Positions 7,001 through 14,851 of a stretch of DNA of 15,316 bases are shown in pieces; the first letter of the stretch is position 1, and each line of letters starts with the position of its first letter. The stretch covers positions 30,448 through 45,763 of the forward strand of contig JBBITJ010000006.1 of assembly GCA_037440825.1 (NCBI GenBank), in the 5' to 3' direction. The DNA comes from Candidatus Micrarchaeota archaeon. GTDB lineage: Archaea > Micrarchaeota > Micrarchaeia > Anstonellales > Bilamarchaeaceae. The notes beneath the pieces were generated by a model. The model saw only the letters and a list, made by a program, of their open reading frames with translations, was not told the origin of the DNA and searched no databases. A program made the translations under genes and the position numbers.

Positions 7001-7019
7001 CGCCGTGCTTCCCCCACCG

Positions 7020-8084
7020 CTACTTCCGCGGCATGAATATGCGCGTGTTCCCGTCCTTCGAGCTTATCGCGACGGATTCCACGAACCCGAGGTCCTCGAG
7101 CTTCGCGAGGTAGTTGCGCACCGAGCGCTCGTTCATCTTCAGCCGCGCGTAGAGCTCTCCGCTCTGTATGCGCCGCGCCTTGCGTATCTCAGCGAGCACG
7201 TGGCGCTCCTCTTTCGTGAGGCTCCGCTCCTGCGCTGCGCGGAGGAGATCCTGCGCCGCTGTTTTGACCTTTTCCACGTGCCTTGCCTCGATTTTCGCGG
7301 CGCCCTCCTTGTCCGCCTCCTTCGCGGACAGCCAGAGCGCGTTTATGCCGAGCCGCGAGTCCCCTCCGTTCCTCGCGGCGAAGCCTGCGCACAATCCCAA
7401 CGCGTCCTCGTCCAGGGAGCCGGGCACGAGCCCCAGCTTGGCGCGTTCGCGCAATATATCCTTGAGCTGCGCCGGCGAATAGGGGGCGAACTTGAGCACG
7501 GACTGGAGCAAGGAGCTCCGTATTCTGCTGTCCAGCTTCGCTATGAAATCGTCCCTGTTGGTTATCGCGATGACCGTGCAGTCCACGCCGAAATTCTCGC
7601 GCATGCGCAGCAGGTCGTAGAGTATGCCGTTCTTCTCCTCGGCTGGAAGCATGTCCATGTCGTCCAGCACAACCACGGGAATCTTGTTCCCCTTCTTCAG
7701 CATCTCCACCGCGTAAGCGAGCAGTTCGTCCGCGCTCCTTCCCCTCCTGGAAACGGCGTAGTCAAGGGAAGAGAGCATCTCGCCGAGTATCGAATAGCGG
7801 TAGCCCTGCTCAGCGCAGTTCACGTAGACAGGGTGGGCGCGAACGGTCGCTTCCTTGAGCTGGCCAGCCACGTGGCGCGCGAGCGTCGTCTTGCCCGTGC
7901 CCGGCGGGCCGTGGAGTATCATGCTCGAAGCCCTCCTGCCCTTCATAATCGGCGCGAGGTTGAGCGCGATCTCCTTCGTCTCTGCCTCGCGATGGAGGAT
8001 TTCAGGGGGAAGGAAATCCGGGGCGAAGACGGATTCATTTCTGAATATGGTCTGCGAGGAATCGAGTTTCCTGAAAATGTTCAT
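7020..8084 (-). CDS. cdc6: Orc1/Cdc6 family AAA+ ATPase with a C-terminal winged helix
   Basis: IFRNESVFAPDFLPPEILHRE N-terminus, Walker A GPPGTGKT, YVNC, Walker B VVVLDDMD, LDSRIRSSL, FAPYSPAQLKDILRERA, sensor-2 GDSR, and C-terminal wHTH SGELY...RSVRNYLAKLEDLGFV. Confidence 0.93.
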   Translation of the reverse strand: MNIFRKLDSSQTIFRNESVFAPDFLPPEILHREAETKEIALNLAPIMKGRRASSMILHGPPGTGKTTLARHVAGQLKEATVRAHPVYVNCAEQGYRYSILGEMLSSLDYAVSRRGRSADELLAYAVEMLKKGNKIPVVVLDDMDMLPAEEKNGILYDLLRMRENFGVDCTVIAITNRDDFIAKLDSRIRSSLLQSVLKFAPYSPAQLKDILRERAKLGLVPGSLDEDALGLCAGFAARNGGDSRLGINALWLSAKEADKEGAAKIEARHVEKVKTAAQDLLRAAQERSLTKEERHVLAEIRKARRIQSGELYARLKMNERSVRNYLAKLEDLGFVESVAISSKDGNTRIFMPRK

Positions 8085-8105
8085 GAATATTTATGGGGGA
8101 CGGGC

Positions 8106-8741
8106 TTAAATTGTTTTCCTGCCCGTGATGGAATAGGAATAGCCGATGGACGGATCCCCGCGCGCAAGGAGCAGCCTCATCGTGTCAGACACGATGTCCC
8201 GTATTTCCTGGCACAGGCCGCTCTCGCACGCGATCTTGAAGAGCCGCTTGGTTATCACGAAGCTCCTCCTGTCCCTGGACGCGAAGTCCAACATCGAGAA
8301 CGTGACTGCCACCAGGTAATCTCTCTCGTCAGAAGAGAGCTTTTCCAAGTCTTTCATCGCGACCAGCTTGCACGAGAGGTAGTCGAAGAATACGGATGTG
8401 GAGGCACCGTCCCTAGCCGAAAGCATGATGTCGAAGTGCCTGGTGGTCTCGAGCATCGTTATCGTCTCGAGGTCCTTCCTCTCCTCTGGATTATGCGTGA
8501 ATTCCATGAGCAGGCCGAGCAGCGCGCGCTTCCTGTCCGGATCAGTGATCTCCATGTTGCAGAAGCTCGAGAACACGAGCTTCCTGGCGGAATGGAGGGG
8601 GAGCTCGCAGCTCGACATCATTGAGCGGAGCTTTTCATGGTTGCCCAACAGGCCTTCGTGCATGGGCATGCGCCTCATTTTCAGAGCATCTGCTCTGCGA
8701 GAAGAAGTAGCAACTGCCTGCAATGCCTGTTCGCCTTCCAC
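8106..8741 (-). CDS. Hypothetical helical protein; start uncertain (GTG 8741 or ATG 8678)
   Basis: 211-codon ORF that fills the gap between co-oriented genes. TATAAA lies 24 nt upstream of 8741. No recognisable motif. Confidence 0.7.
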   Translation of the reverse strand: MEGEQALQAVATSSRRADALKMRRMPMHEGLLGNHEKLRSMMSSCELPLHSARKLVFSSFCNMEITDPDRKRALLGLLMEFTHNPEERKDLETITMLETTRHFDIMLSARDGASTSVFFDYLSCKLVAMKDLEKLSSDERDYLVAVTFSMLDFASRDRRSFVITKRLFKIACESGLCQEIRDIVSDTMRLLLARGDPSIGYSYSITGRKTI

Positions 8742-8773
8742 ATGTGTTCTATGCGTGGAAAAAATTTATATCC

Positions 8774-11194
8774 CTACTGCCTGCGTTTCCAGTATCTTTC
8801 CATGTCCGTGACGAAATATTGGGATTTGCCGCATTCCGGGCACCTCGCGTCCTTGCCTATGCTTATCTGGGTGACTTCGAACCCGAACCTCTTCACCAGC
8901 ATCGCCTTGCAGCTGTAGCAGTACGTGCTCTCGGTCTCGACGTCCGTGCGGTTTCCAGTGTACGCGTAGCGCACTCCTTCCTCGAACGCTATCTCCCTCG
9001 CCTTCCTCAGGGATTCCAGCGAGGTCGCCGGAACGTTCATCATCCTGTATGACGGATAAAAGCCGATGAAATGCACCGGGATGTTCTTGTCCACGTCCGC
9101 TATCCATTTCGAAAGCGCCCGCAGCTCGTCCTCTGAATCGTTCATTCCGGGAATCACCAGGTTTATGATTTCTATGTGCATTACCTTGTGGAGCGCCTTT
9201 ATGCTCTGCAGCACCGCTTCGAGCTTCGCGTTGCCCATGACATCCGTGTATATCTTCTGGTTGAAGCCCTTGAGGTCTATGCGCGAGGCGTCTATGAGCG
9301 GCTTCATTTCATTTATCGCGGCGGGAGTCATGTAGCCGTTCGTGACGAATATGTTGAATAACCCTTTCGGCTTCGCCAGCCTCGCGGTGTCCAGCGCGTA
9401 TTCCATGAAAATGGTTGGTTCGGTGTATGTGTAGGCTATGCCGTCCGCACGCTCCGCTTCCGCGAGCTCCGCCATCTTTTTCGGAGGAATGTCCTCGCCT
9501 GCTATGTTGTCCCTTTGCTGGGATATGTCCCAATTCTGGCAATTTGCTGCAGCGATGAAATTCGCCAGGTAGGAGTGCTCGCCCTCCACCTCCATGTTGT
9601 AGACGTAGCCGGAATATTCCCGTTTCGCGATCCTGAATACCGGCACCAGCCAGTGCGTTTCCGTTTCCCAGAATTTCAGGCTTCTCCGGCTGCGCGGATC
9701 ATGGGCTTGCCGCAGTCCGGGGGAAATGAACGATTGCCTGAGCTCCTTCGCTTTCAGCTTGACATAGTAAAGTGTGGACTGGCTTACAACCCTCCCTTCA
9801 ATACTCTTTTTCTTCGGAGGATTCCAGACGTGGAAACTCGGGAGGTATCCGCACCTTAAGAAGAGGTAGTATATGCCCAATGCTAGCTTTTTCGAGACCG
9901 TGTTTGCCGCGATGCTGTCCTTCATTACCGCGCCGTCGCCTTCCACGTATGCTGAAAGAAATGCCCGAATCACGGTTTCCGGTGAGGATGAGATAATGGA
10001 GGGAATTTTTTTGTTCGCTGCCCCGCTGCCGCACAGCCGGCGGAACAGGAGTGCGAGCGGCGAGCTCCACGCTTCCACGCACAGCGTGGTGCGCCGCCTG
10101 CGGATGATTGGGGCAACGCCGAATTTCTTCCTCAGCAGCAAAGCCGTCTTTTCAGCTGCCTCGGCCTCGTGCAGGCCGAACGAGAATATGAGCCCGTGGG
10201 AATTAGGCCTGCTCCTGAGGCTCGCGACGCTTCCTTCCGCACAGTAATAGCCGAGCAGCTGCGCCACGCCTTCGTCCACATTTATTTTCGCAGGGATGCC
10301 GCCGTCCTTTCCGCCATTGAAATGCACTTTTCCCCGTTCTTCCATAATCGCTATCTTGTAGAAGAAATCGTCCTCGCTTATGCCTTTCCTTTCTAGGCTG
10401 CCCCACAGCTTCCGGACGTATGTTGGATGGAGCCCGAATATCTTTTCGACTGCTGAGGATGAGATCCCGCTCTTTTTCATCTCCACTATCCGTTTCAGCA
10501 CAGCACTGCTGGTTTTCCTGGATTTCTTTCCCAAGGCGGAGTGACCCCTAAGGAGGGCTGCAACGTCCAATATCGCATTTCTTCCTCCTTTCGCACCGAG
10601 CTTAGGAACTAACAGCAGGTCACCTTTCTTCAGCTCCCCTGCCGGCTTTTTGGATATTGCTCCATCCTTGAAGACGAATATTCCGTGCTCAGGGGTGCAT
10701 TCGATCGCAGGCGCGTGCCTTGGCTGGATAGAGCATATCGTGCCTCTGTAATAGTGCCTGAACACCTTCCTTATGCTTCTAAAGGCGCCTGAATGCGAAA
10801 CAGTCGCTCTTCCGCTCACTTTCCCTATTTCCGCGTCTTGGGTGCGGAGCACGTCCTCCGCCTCGTCGAACAGTTCATCAATGAATTTGGGTTCATGGTC
10901 GTTTATCACTGCTGTGCCAGGAGTGAAGCAATAGAGGCAGCGGAAATTGCATCCGACAGTGGAGAACGAGAGCGTGCGCGTGCCCGGCATGAAATGGTAG
11001 AACGGCTTCTTCTCTATCGGGTCCATCGCTACTGCGATGGCTTTCCCGTAGTTTATGGAATAGAGGGTGCCGGAGGCGTTCTTGCGCACCCCGCAGAAGC
11101 CCTTGCCGCCTTCAGGGATATGGCAGAGCCGGTTGCACAGGAAGCAGTTCACTGACTTGTCTGGATTTTTCGAATATAAGATGGCTTCCTTCAT
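8774..11194 (-). CDS. amrS: AmmeMemoRadiSam system radical SAM enzyme (PflA-like) containing an intein; 806-aa precursor, 343-aa spliced product
   Basis: MKEAILY..VNCFLCNRLCHIPEGGKGFCGVRKN, DPIEKKPFYHFMPG, GCNFRCLY|CQNWDISQ, IAYTYTEPTI, VTNGY, IDLKGF and C-terminal CYSC...CPEC. True start is ATG 11194 (TATA 23 nt upstream), not 12127. Confidence 0.92.
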   Translation of the reverse strand: MKEAILYSKNPDKSVNCFLCNRLCHIPEGGKGFCGVRKNASGTLYSINYGKAIAVAMDPIEKKPFYHFMPGTRTLSFSTVGCNFRCLYCFTPGTAVINDHEPKFIDELFDEAEDVLRTQDAEIGKVSGRATVSHSGAFRSIRKVFRHYYRGTICSIQPRHAPAIECTPEHGIFVFKDGAISKKPAGELKKGDLLLVPKLGAKGGRNAILDVAALLRGHSALGKKSRKTSSAVLKRIVEMKKSGISSSAVEKIFGLHPTYVRKLWGSLERKGISEDDFFYKIAIMEERGKVHFNGGKDGGIPAKINVDEGVAQLLGYYCAEGSVASLRSRPNSHGLIFSFGLHEAEAAEKTALLLRKKFGVAPIIRRRRTTLCVEAWSSPLALLFRRLCGSGAANKKIPSIISSSPETVIRAFLSAYVEGDGAVMKDSIAANTVSKKLALGIYYLFLRCGYLPSFHVWNPPKKKSIEGRVVSQSTLYYVKLKAKELRQSFISPGLRQAHDPRSRRSLKFWETETHWLVPVFRIAKREYSGYVYNMEVEGEHSYLANFIAAANCQNWDISQQRDNIAGEDIPPKKMAELAEAERADGIAYTYTEPTIFMEYALDTARLAKPKGLFNIFVTNGYMTPAAINEMKPLIDASRIDLKGFNQKIYTDVMGNAKLEAVLQSIKALHKVMHIEIINLVIPGMNDSEDELRALSKWIADVDKNIPVHFIGFYPSYRMMNVPATSLESLRKAREIAFEEGVRYAYTGNRTDVETESTYCYSCKAMLVKRFGFEVTQISIGKDARCPECGKSQYFVTDMERYWKRRQ
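9542..10930 (-). mobile_element. Intein (463 aa) with a LAGLIDADG homing endonuclease
   Basis: Block A CFTPGTAV, block B IECTPEHGIFV, LAGLIDADG-like blocks LLGYYCAEGS and FLSAYVEGDG, and blocks F/G YSGYVYNMEVEGEHSYLANFIAAAN followed by extein Cys. Removal restores CNFRCLYC. Confidence 0.95.
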
Positions 11195-11228
11195 GTGCGG
11201 GAATTGGGGACTGAAGTATAAATAAGTG

Positions 11229-11285
11229 CGGTTTTGGGTTTTGCGTTCAGGGTTCCGGAAATGCAAAACTGGAAACGCGAAACTG
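11229..11285. repeat. Four reverse plus four forward 7-bp units forming an imperfect inverted repeat
   Basis: CGGTTTT GGGTTTT GCGTTCA GGGTTCC g GAAATGC AAAACTG GAAACGC GAAACTG, centred on TTCCGGAA (11253-11260). Confidence 0.8.
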
Positions 11286-11313
11286 GAGGCTGCATGATGC
11301 TTCCAGCACAGCT

Positions 11314-13851
11314 CTATGAGCACACGATTATGAGCGGGGCTGTGCCTGCCTGCGCTATCGAGCCGAGCGCGCCCTCGCGGTAGCTGAAAATCACGCTGTC
11401 GAACTGCACGAGCTGGCCCGCCTGCGCGCAATAGGAGCCCGGAAGCTCGAACGAGACCGTCTTCCTTTCCCCTGAATTGAAAGCCACTGGCGGCGCGAAC
11501 GCGGCCGTGTTGCCGTCCAGGCTCACGGATTCCAGGTAAAGCGTGTTGAACCCGGAATTCTTCAGCGAAAGGGTCACGATTGTAGTGCGGTTCAAGCACA
11601 CTGAAGCGGAGAAGCCGGAATTGAGCCGCGAAGCGTCGAAGAAGTCCCCTCGGTTGCCTGAGCCTGAGTTGCCCTGGGCAGGAGGATAGAGCTCCGAGCC
11701 ATTGGCGAAGTAGAACCCGTAATCGGAATTCAGGCATGCGGAGTTGTTGGAGATGAGGTTGGCGCTTCCGCGCACGTTGAAGCCCAGTCCGTTGAAGCGC
11801 GCAAAGTTCTCGGTTATAAGATTGTATTTCGCATAGGGGTCTGTGGAGAATCCGTCCCCGCATCCTGAAACCGTATTGTTCCTGAACGTGGAATTTGAGG
11901 CGCCGTCCGAAAGCGAGATGCCTGCCTGCGACATGCCGCTCACGTTGTTGTGCCTCACCATATACCTGTAGAGCCCGGACGCGTTGGACGAGCCCTCGGC
12001 GCGCACCACTATCCCGGATGCGCCGCTGCCCTCCACGGTGTTGCCGTCTATGTAGCAGTAGCCGTAATGCGCGATTTCCATCCCGATGCCCAGCGGATAG
12101 CGGATCGTGTTGTTCCGCACGTAGCACGAGCTGCCTTCAGGAATCGAGCCGGGCCTGGAGATTGCCCTGATGCCGTCTTCCGCGTTCTCCGCGTAATTGT
12201 TCTCGACGATGAAATCGAATATCGAATCCGCTTCGAGCGCAACGCCCGTGTTGTAGAATGAGTTCCCGGAAACGGAGACTCCTGCGGCGCCGTTGAGCAA
12301 TATGGACGAATTGAGATTCTCGAAGAGTATGCCGCTCAGCGAAAGACCGTGCAACGGCGTTCCTCCGTTGTCGTAGAGGATGCCTGCGCTTCCGCCTTCT
12401 ATGCTGCCTTCAGAAACGGAAACGTTCGAAGACGAGAGTATGCGCACTGCTGCGGAGCAGTTGCCTGCGCACGTCACGAAATGGCCGCCGAGGTCCAGCG
12501 ATACGTTGTCCGAGTCTATCTCAAAGCAGTTGCCCTCGCTGTAATTGACGTCGTTCTCGAGCCTGTACGGCCCGGGGTAGGTGAGCATGCCGCATGAGAA
12601 GAGCTTCTGCGAGCCGACCACGAAGCGCACCGATGAAGAGCCGATTCCGCCCTCTGTGTTCATAGCATACACGGAAAGCGTGTGCATCCCCTCGCTTACG
12701 GGAAGCGTGGTTCCGTCGCAGAACGGAAGGGAATAGTTGTCCCCGCCGTCGAGAGAATACCAGCATGAGCTCAGCTCCACCCCACGCGAAGTGACCGAAT
12801 ATGCAAGCTGGATAGAGGTCGTGTTCGGATATGTGGTGGGAAGAGGGCTGGTTATCGCGACTATCGGAATGTATATGCTCAACGTCCTAGCCTCGGAAAC
12901 GTTGAGGGAGCCGGACGAGTTCGTCGCGGCCGCGTAATAGGAGTACGTGCCCGGAGCGACGCCGTGCATCCTGCTTGCGAAGTAGAACTGGGTGGAGTTG
13001 TCCTTGTAGAATGATGAATAATAATGCATCTTCACCTCCTGCGCCGACAGCGCGCGGCTGTACACCCGCACCTCGTCCAGCAGCCCCTGGTAGTTGTTGT
13101 TTCCTGAATAGCCGGTGCCTATTCTGCCCTCGTAGCCCGTGGATGGATTGTACGGAGACGTGTCGGAATAGTTGCCCGCGAACTCGCCGTTGATGAAATA
13201 CTCGACGTAGGAGGGCGCGGAGCCTGCGAAGTGCTGGACCGCGACTAGATGGTACCACCTGTACGGCTCGAAGCCGTACGGATAGATGACGGGCTGCGAT
13301 TTCACCCCTGACTTTGCGAGATCCACGCTGCCGTTCGCCACGCTGTTTATCGAAATGGAGTAGCCGAGGTAGTTGGACTGCGCGCTCGACATGATCGTCT
13401 TGTTGATCATGGCTGGGTACGGCTGGAACCAGAACTCCACGCTGAAGGATGCATTCTCCACTTTCAGGCTGTCCGATGTTCCCAGACTGATATAAGTGGT
13501 GCCGTCGAAGCTCATCGCTCTGCCCCACACACCTTCAGAGACCAGAGCGCCGTAGGTGACGCCGTTGTTGCCGTGCCTGCTTATGTCTACCGCTGTGCCC
13601 GTGTCCTCGCCTATGTCGTGGTTCTCGTCCAGGCTGAGCGAAAGCACGAGCGAATCGTCGTAGAAGGAGTAGTTGGTGCCGTTCCAGCTGAACATGAACG
13701 AACCCAGGTCATCGTCCGCTACGCTCGCGTTTATTGTGAAGTAGTCCCTGTACAATATTGTGCCGTCCGCAGGAGTCGGGAATTGGAAGTCGAACGCAGG
13801 GGCGGCGAAAGAGATGGATGCTGCAATGAGCAGGAACAGCGTCAGGCGCAT
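11314..13851 (-). CDS. Secreted/surface protein: signal peptide, LamG/concanavalin-A-like domain, Ig-like domain, right-handed parallel beta-helix (NosD-like) and a C-terminal Cys-containing beta domain
   Basis: Signal peptide MRLTLFLLIAASISFA; LamG motifs DISRHGNNG, FSVEFW, WYHLVAV, GLLDEVRVYSRALSAQEV; Ig-like CWYSLDGG...EGMHTLSVYA; repeated GI...N..I..N beta-helix rungs; many N-x-S/T sequons. Confidence 0.9.
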   Translation of the reverse strand: MRLTLFLLIAASISFAAPAFDFQFPTPADGTILYRDYFTINASVADDDLGSFMFSWNGTNYSFYDDSLVLSLSLDENHDIGEDTGTAVDISRHGNNGVTYGALVSEGVWGRAMSFDGTTYISLGTSDSLKVENASFSVEFWFQPYPAMINKTIMSSAQSNYLGYSISINSVANGSVDLAKSGVKSQPVIYPYGFEPYRWYHLVAVQHFAGSAPSYVEYFINGEFAGNYSDTSPYNPSTGYEGRIGTGYSGNNNYQGLLDEVRVYSRALSAQEVKMHYYSSFYKDNSTQFYFASRMHGVAPGTYSYYAAATNSSGSLNVSEARTLSIYIPIVAITSPLPTTYPNTTSIQLAYSVTSRGVELSSCWYSLDGGDNYSLPFCDGTTLPVSEGMHTLSVYAMNTEGGIGSSSVRFVVGSQKLFSCGMLTYPGPYRLENDVNYSEGNCFEIDSDNVSLDLGGHFVTCAGNCSAAVRILSSSNVSVSEGSIEGGSAGILYDNGGTPLHGLSLSGILFENLNSSILLNGAAGVSVSGNSFYNTGVALEADSIFDFIVENNYAENAEDGIRAISRPGSIPEGSSCYVRNNTIRYPLGIGMEIAHYGYCYIDGNTVEGSGASGIVVRAEGSSNASGLYRYMVRHNNVSGMSQAGISLSDGASNSTFRNNTVSGCGDGFSTDPYAKYNLITENFARFNGLGFNVRGSANLISNNSACLNSDYGFYFANGSELYPPAQGNSGSGNRGDFFDASRLNSGFSASVCLNRTTIVTLSLKNSGFNTLYLESVSLDGNTAAFAPPVAFNSGERKTVSFELPGSYCAQAGQLVQFDSVIFSYREGALGSIAQAGTAPLIIVCS

Positions 13852-13900
13852 GGTTGGAATAAACGAGAAATATTTATAATTGCAATCACAGGATCTGCCC

Positions 13901-13921
13901 GAAACCGGGAACTGGAAACGG
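13901..13921 (+). repeat. Three 7-bp units just downstream of the rnz stop
   Basis: GAAACCG GGAACTG GAAACGG. Confidence 0.7.
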
Positions 13922-13944
13922 CCAATATCGCGCCTGCCTTTTGC

Positions 13945-14811
13945 CTATAGCTCTATGCTCATCCCGTCCTCTGCAACGGATGTGTTCGGGAATATCGCCT
14001 GCGCCTCCTTGAGCAGTTCCGCAGTGTCCTTGTACCTTCCGCTTATGTGCGTGAGAATGAGGCGCTTGGTCCCTGCCTGCTTCGCTACTTCGGCCGCCTG
14101 CTCTGCCGTGCTGTGGTTGCGCTCCTGCGCCTCTTTTTCGAATTCCTTCGCGAACGTCGCGTCGTGTATGAGCACGTCGGCCCCTTTCGCCGCTTCTACC
14201 GTGGAGCGGGAAGGAAGGCAATCTCCTGTGTAGACTATCTTCAGCCCCTGCTTTACCCAGCTTACGTCCTCCAGTTCTATGCGCTTCTTCCCCGCCATCA
14301 CGTATCCTTTCTCCTGGATTTCCCTGAACATGGGTCCTTTCAATCCGAGCTTGTGCGCCTTCTCCTCGTGGAATTTCACGCGGTCGTGCTCCTTGTAAAC
14401 GAGCCCGAAGCTCTCCTTCGCGTGCCTCACCTTGAATGCGGAAATCGCGGCTTCCTGGTCCTTGAGCAGCAGCCCCTGCTTCATCTCCTGCACATCCAGG
14501 AAATCCCATCTGTTTATGAGCAGCTCCTTGAACTTCTTTGGCGCGAAAATCTTGAGCGGCTGCGCGAACGAGGTGGATAGGCGCAGGGTCTCTATGAGCC
14601 CGAATATGCCGAGAAAGTGGTCAAGGTGAAGATGGGTTAGGAATATACCCTTTATGCTTCCGAACCCCACCTTGTATTTCATCATCTGGCGCTGGGCGCC
14701 TTCGCCGCAGTCCCAGAGGTAGAGCTCCTTGCCTCTGAGGGCAATAGAAGGCATCCCCCTGTCCACTGTGGGTATGCTTGCGGAGGTTCCGAGGAAAGTG
14801 AGTTTGAACAT
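13945..14811 (-). CDS. rnz: Ribonuclease Z (tRNA 3' processing, metallo-beta-lactamase fold)
   Basis: LTFLGTSASIPT, DCGEGAQRQ, THLHLDH, YTGDC, LIHDATF, HSTAEQA, LTHISGRY. ATG 14811 is 24 nt from the TATA box (14842-14835); ATG 14820 is the alternative. Confidence 0.95.
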   Translation of the reverse strand: MFKLTFLGTSASIPTVDRGMPSIALRGKELYLWDCGEGAQRQMMKYKVGFGSIKGIFLTHLHLDHFLGIFGLIETLRLSTSFAQPLKIFAPKKFKELLINRWDFLDVQEMKQGLLLKDQEAAISAFKVRHAKESFGLVYKEHDRVKFHEEKAHKLGLKGPMFREIQEKGYVMAGKKRIELEDVSWVKQGLKIVYTGDCLPSRSTVEAAKGADVLIHDATFAKEFEKEAQERNHSTAEQAAEVAKQAGTKRLILTHISGRYKDTAELLKEAQAIFPNTSVAEDGMSIEL

Positions 14812-14851
14812 ATTGAACATCTGGATGGCGGGCTATAAAAATGCGCCCGTT

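Noticed and set aside
6796..7019. Canonical oriC with ORB elements
   Set aside because: The GAAAC matches belong to the dispersed heptamer family. No full ORB with G-string and no extended AT-rich unwinding element.
7005..8624. 539-aa plus-strand ORF
   Set aside because: Antisense shadow of cdc6 and the orphan gene, as expected with high GC3; no motifs or promoter.
11195..12127. 311-aa N-terminal extension of the radical SAM ORF (1117 aa in the track)
   Set aside because: It overlaps the 845-aa surface protein in another frame, is Arg-rich shadow sequence, and crosses a repeat and TATA region. The family N-terminus starts at MKEAILY (11194).
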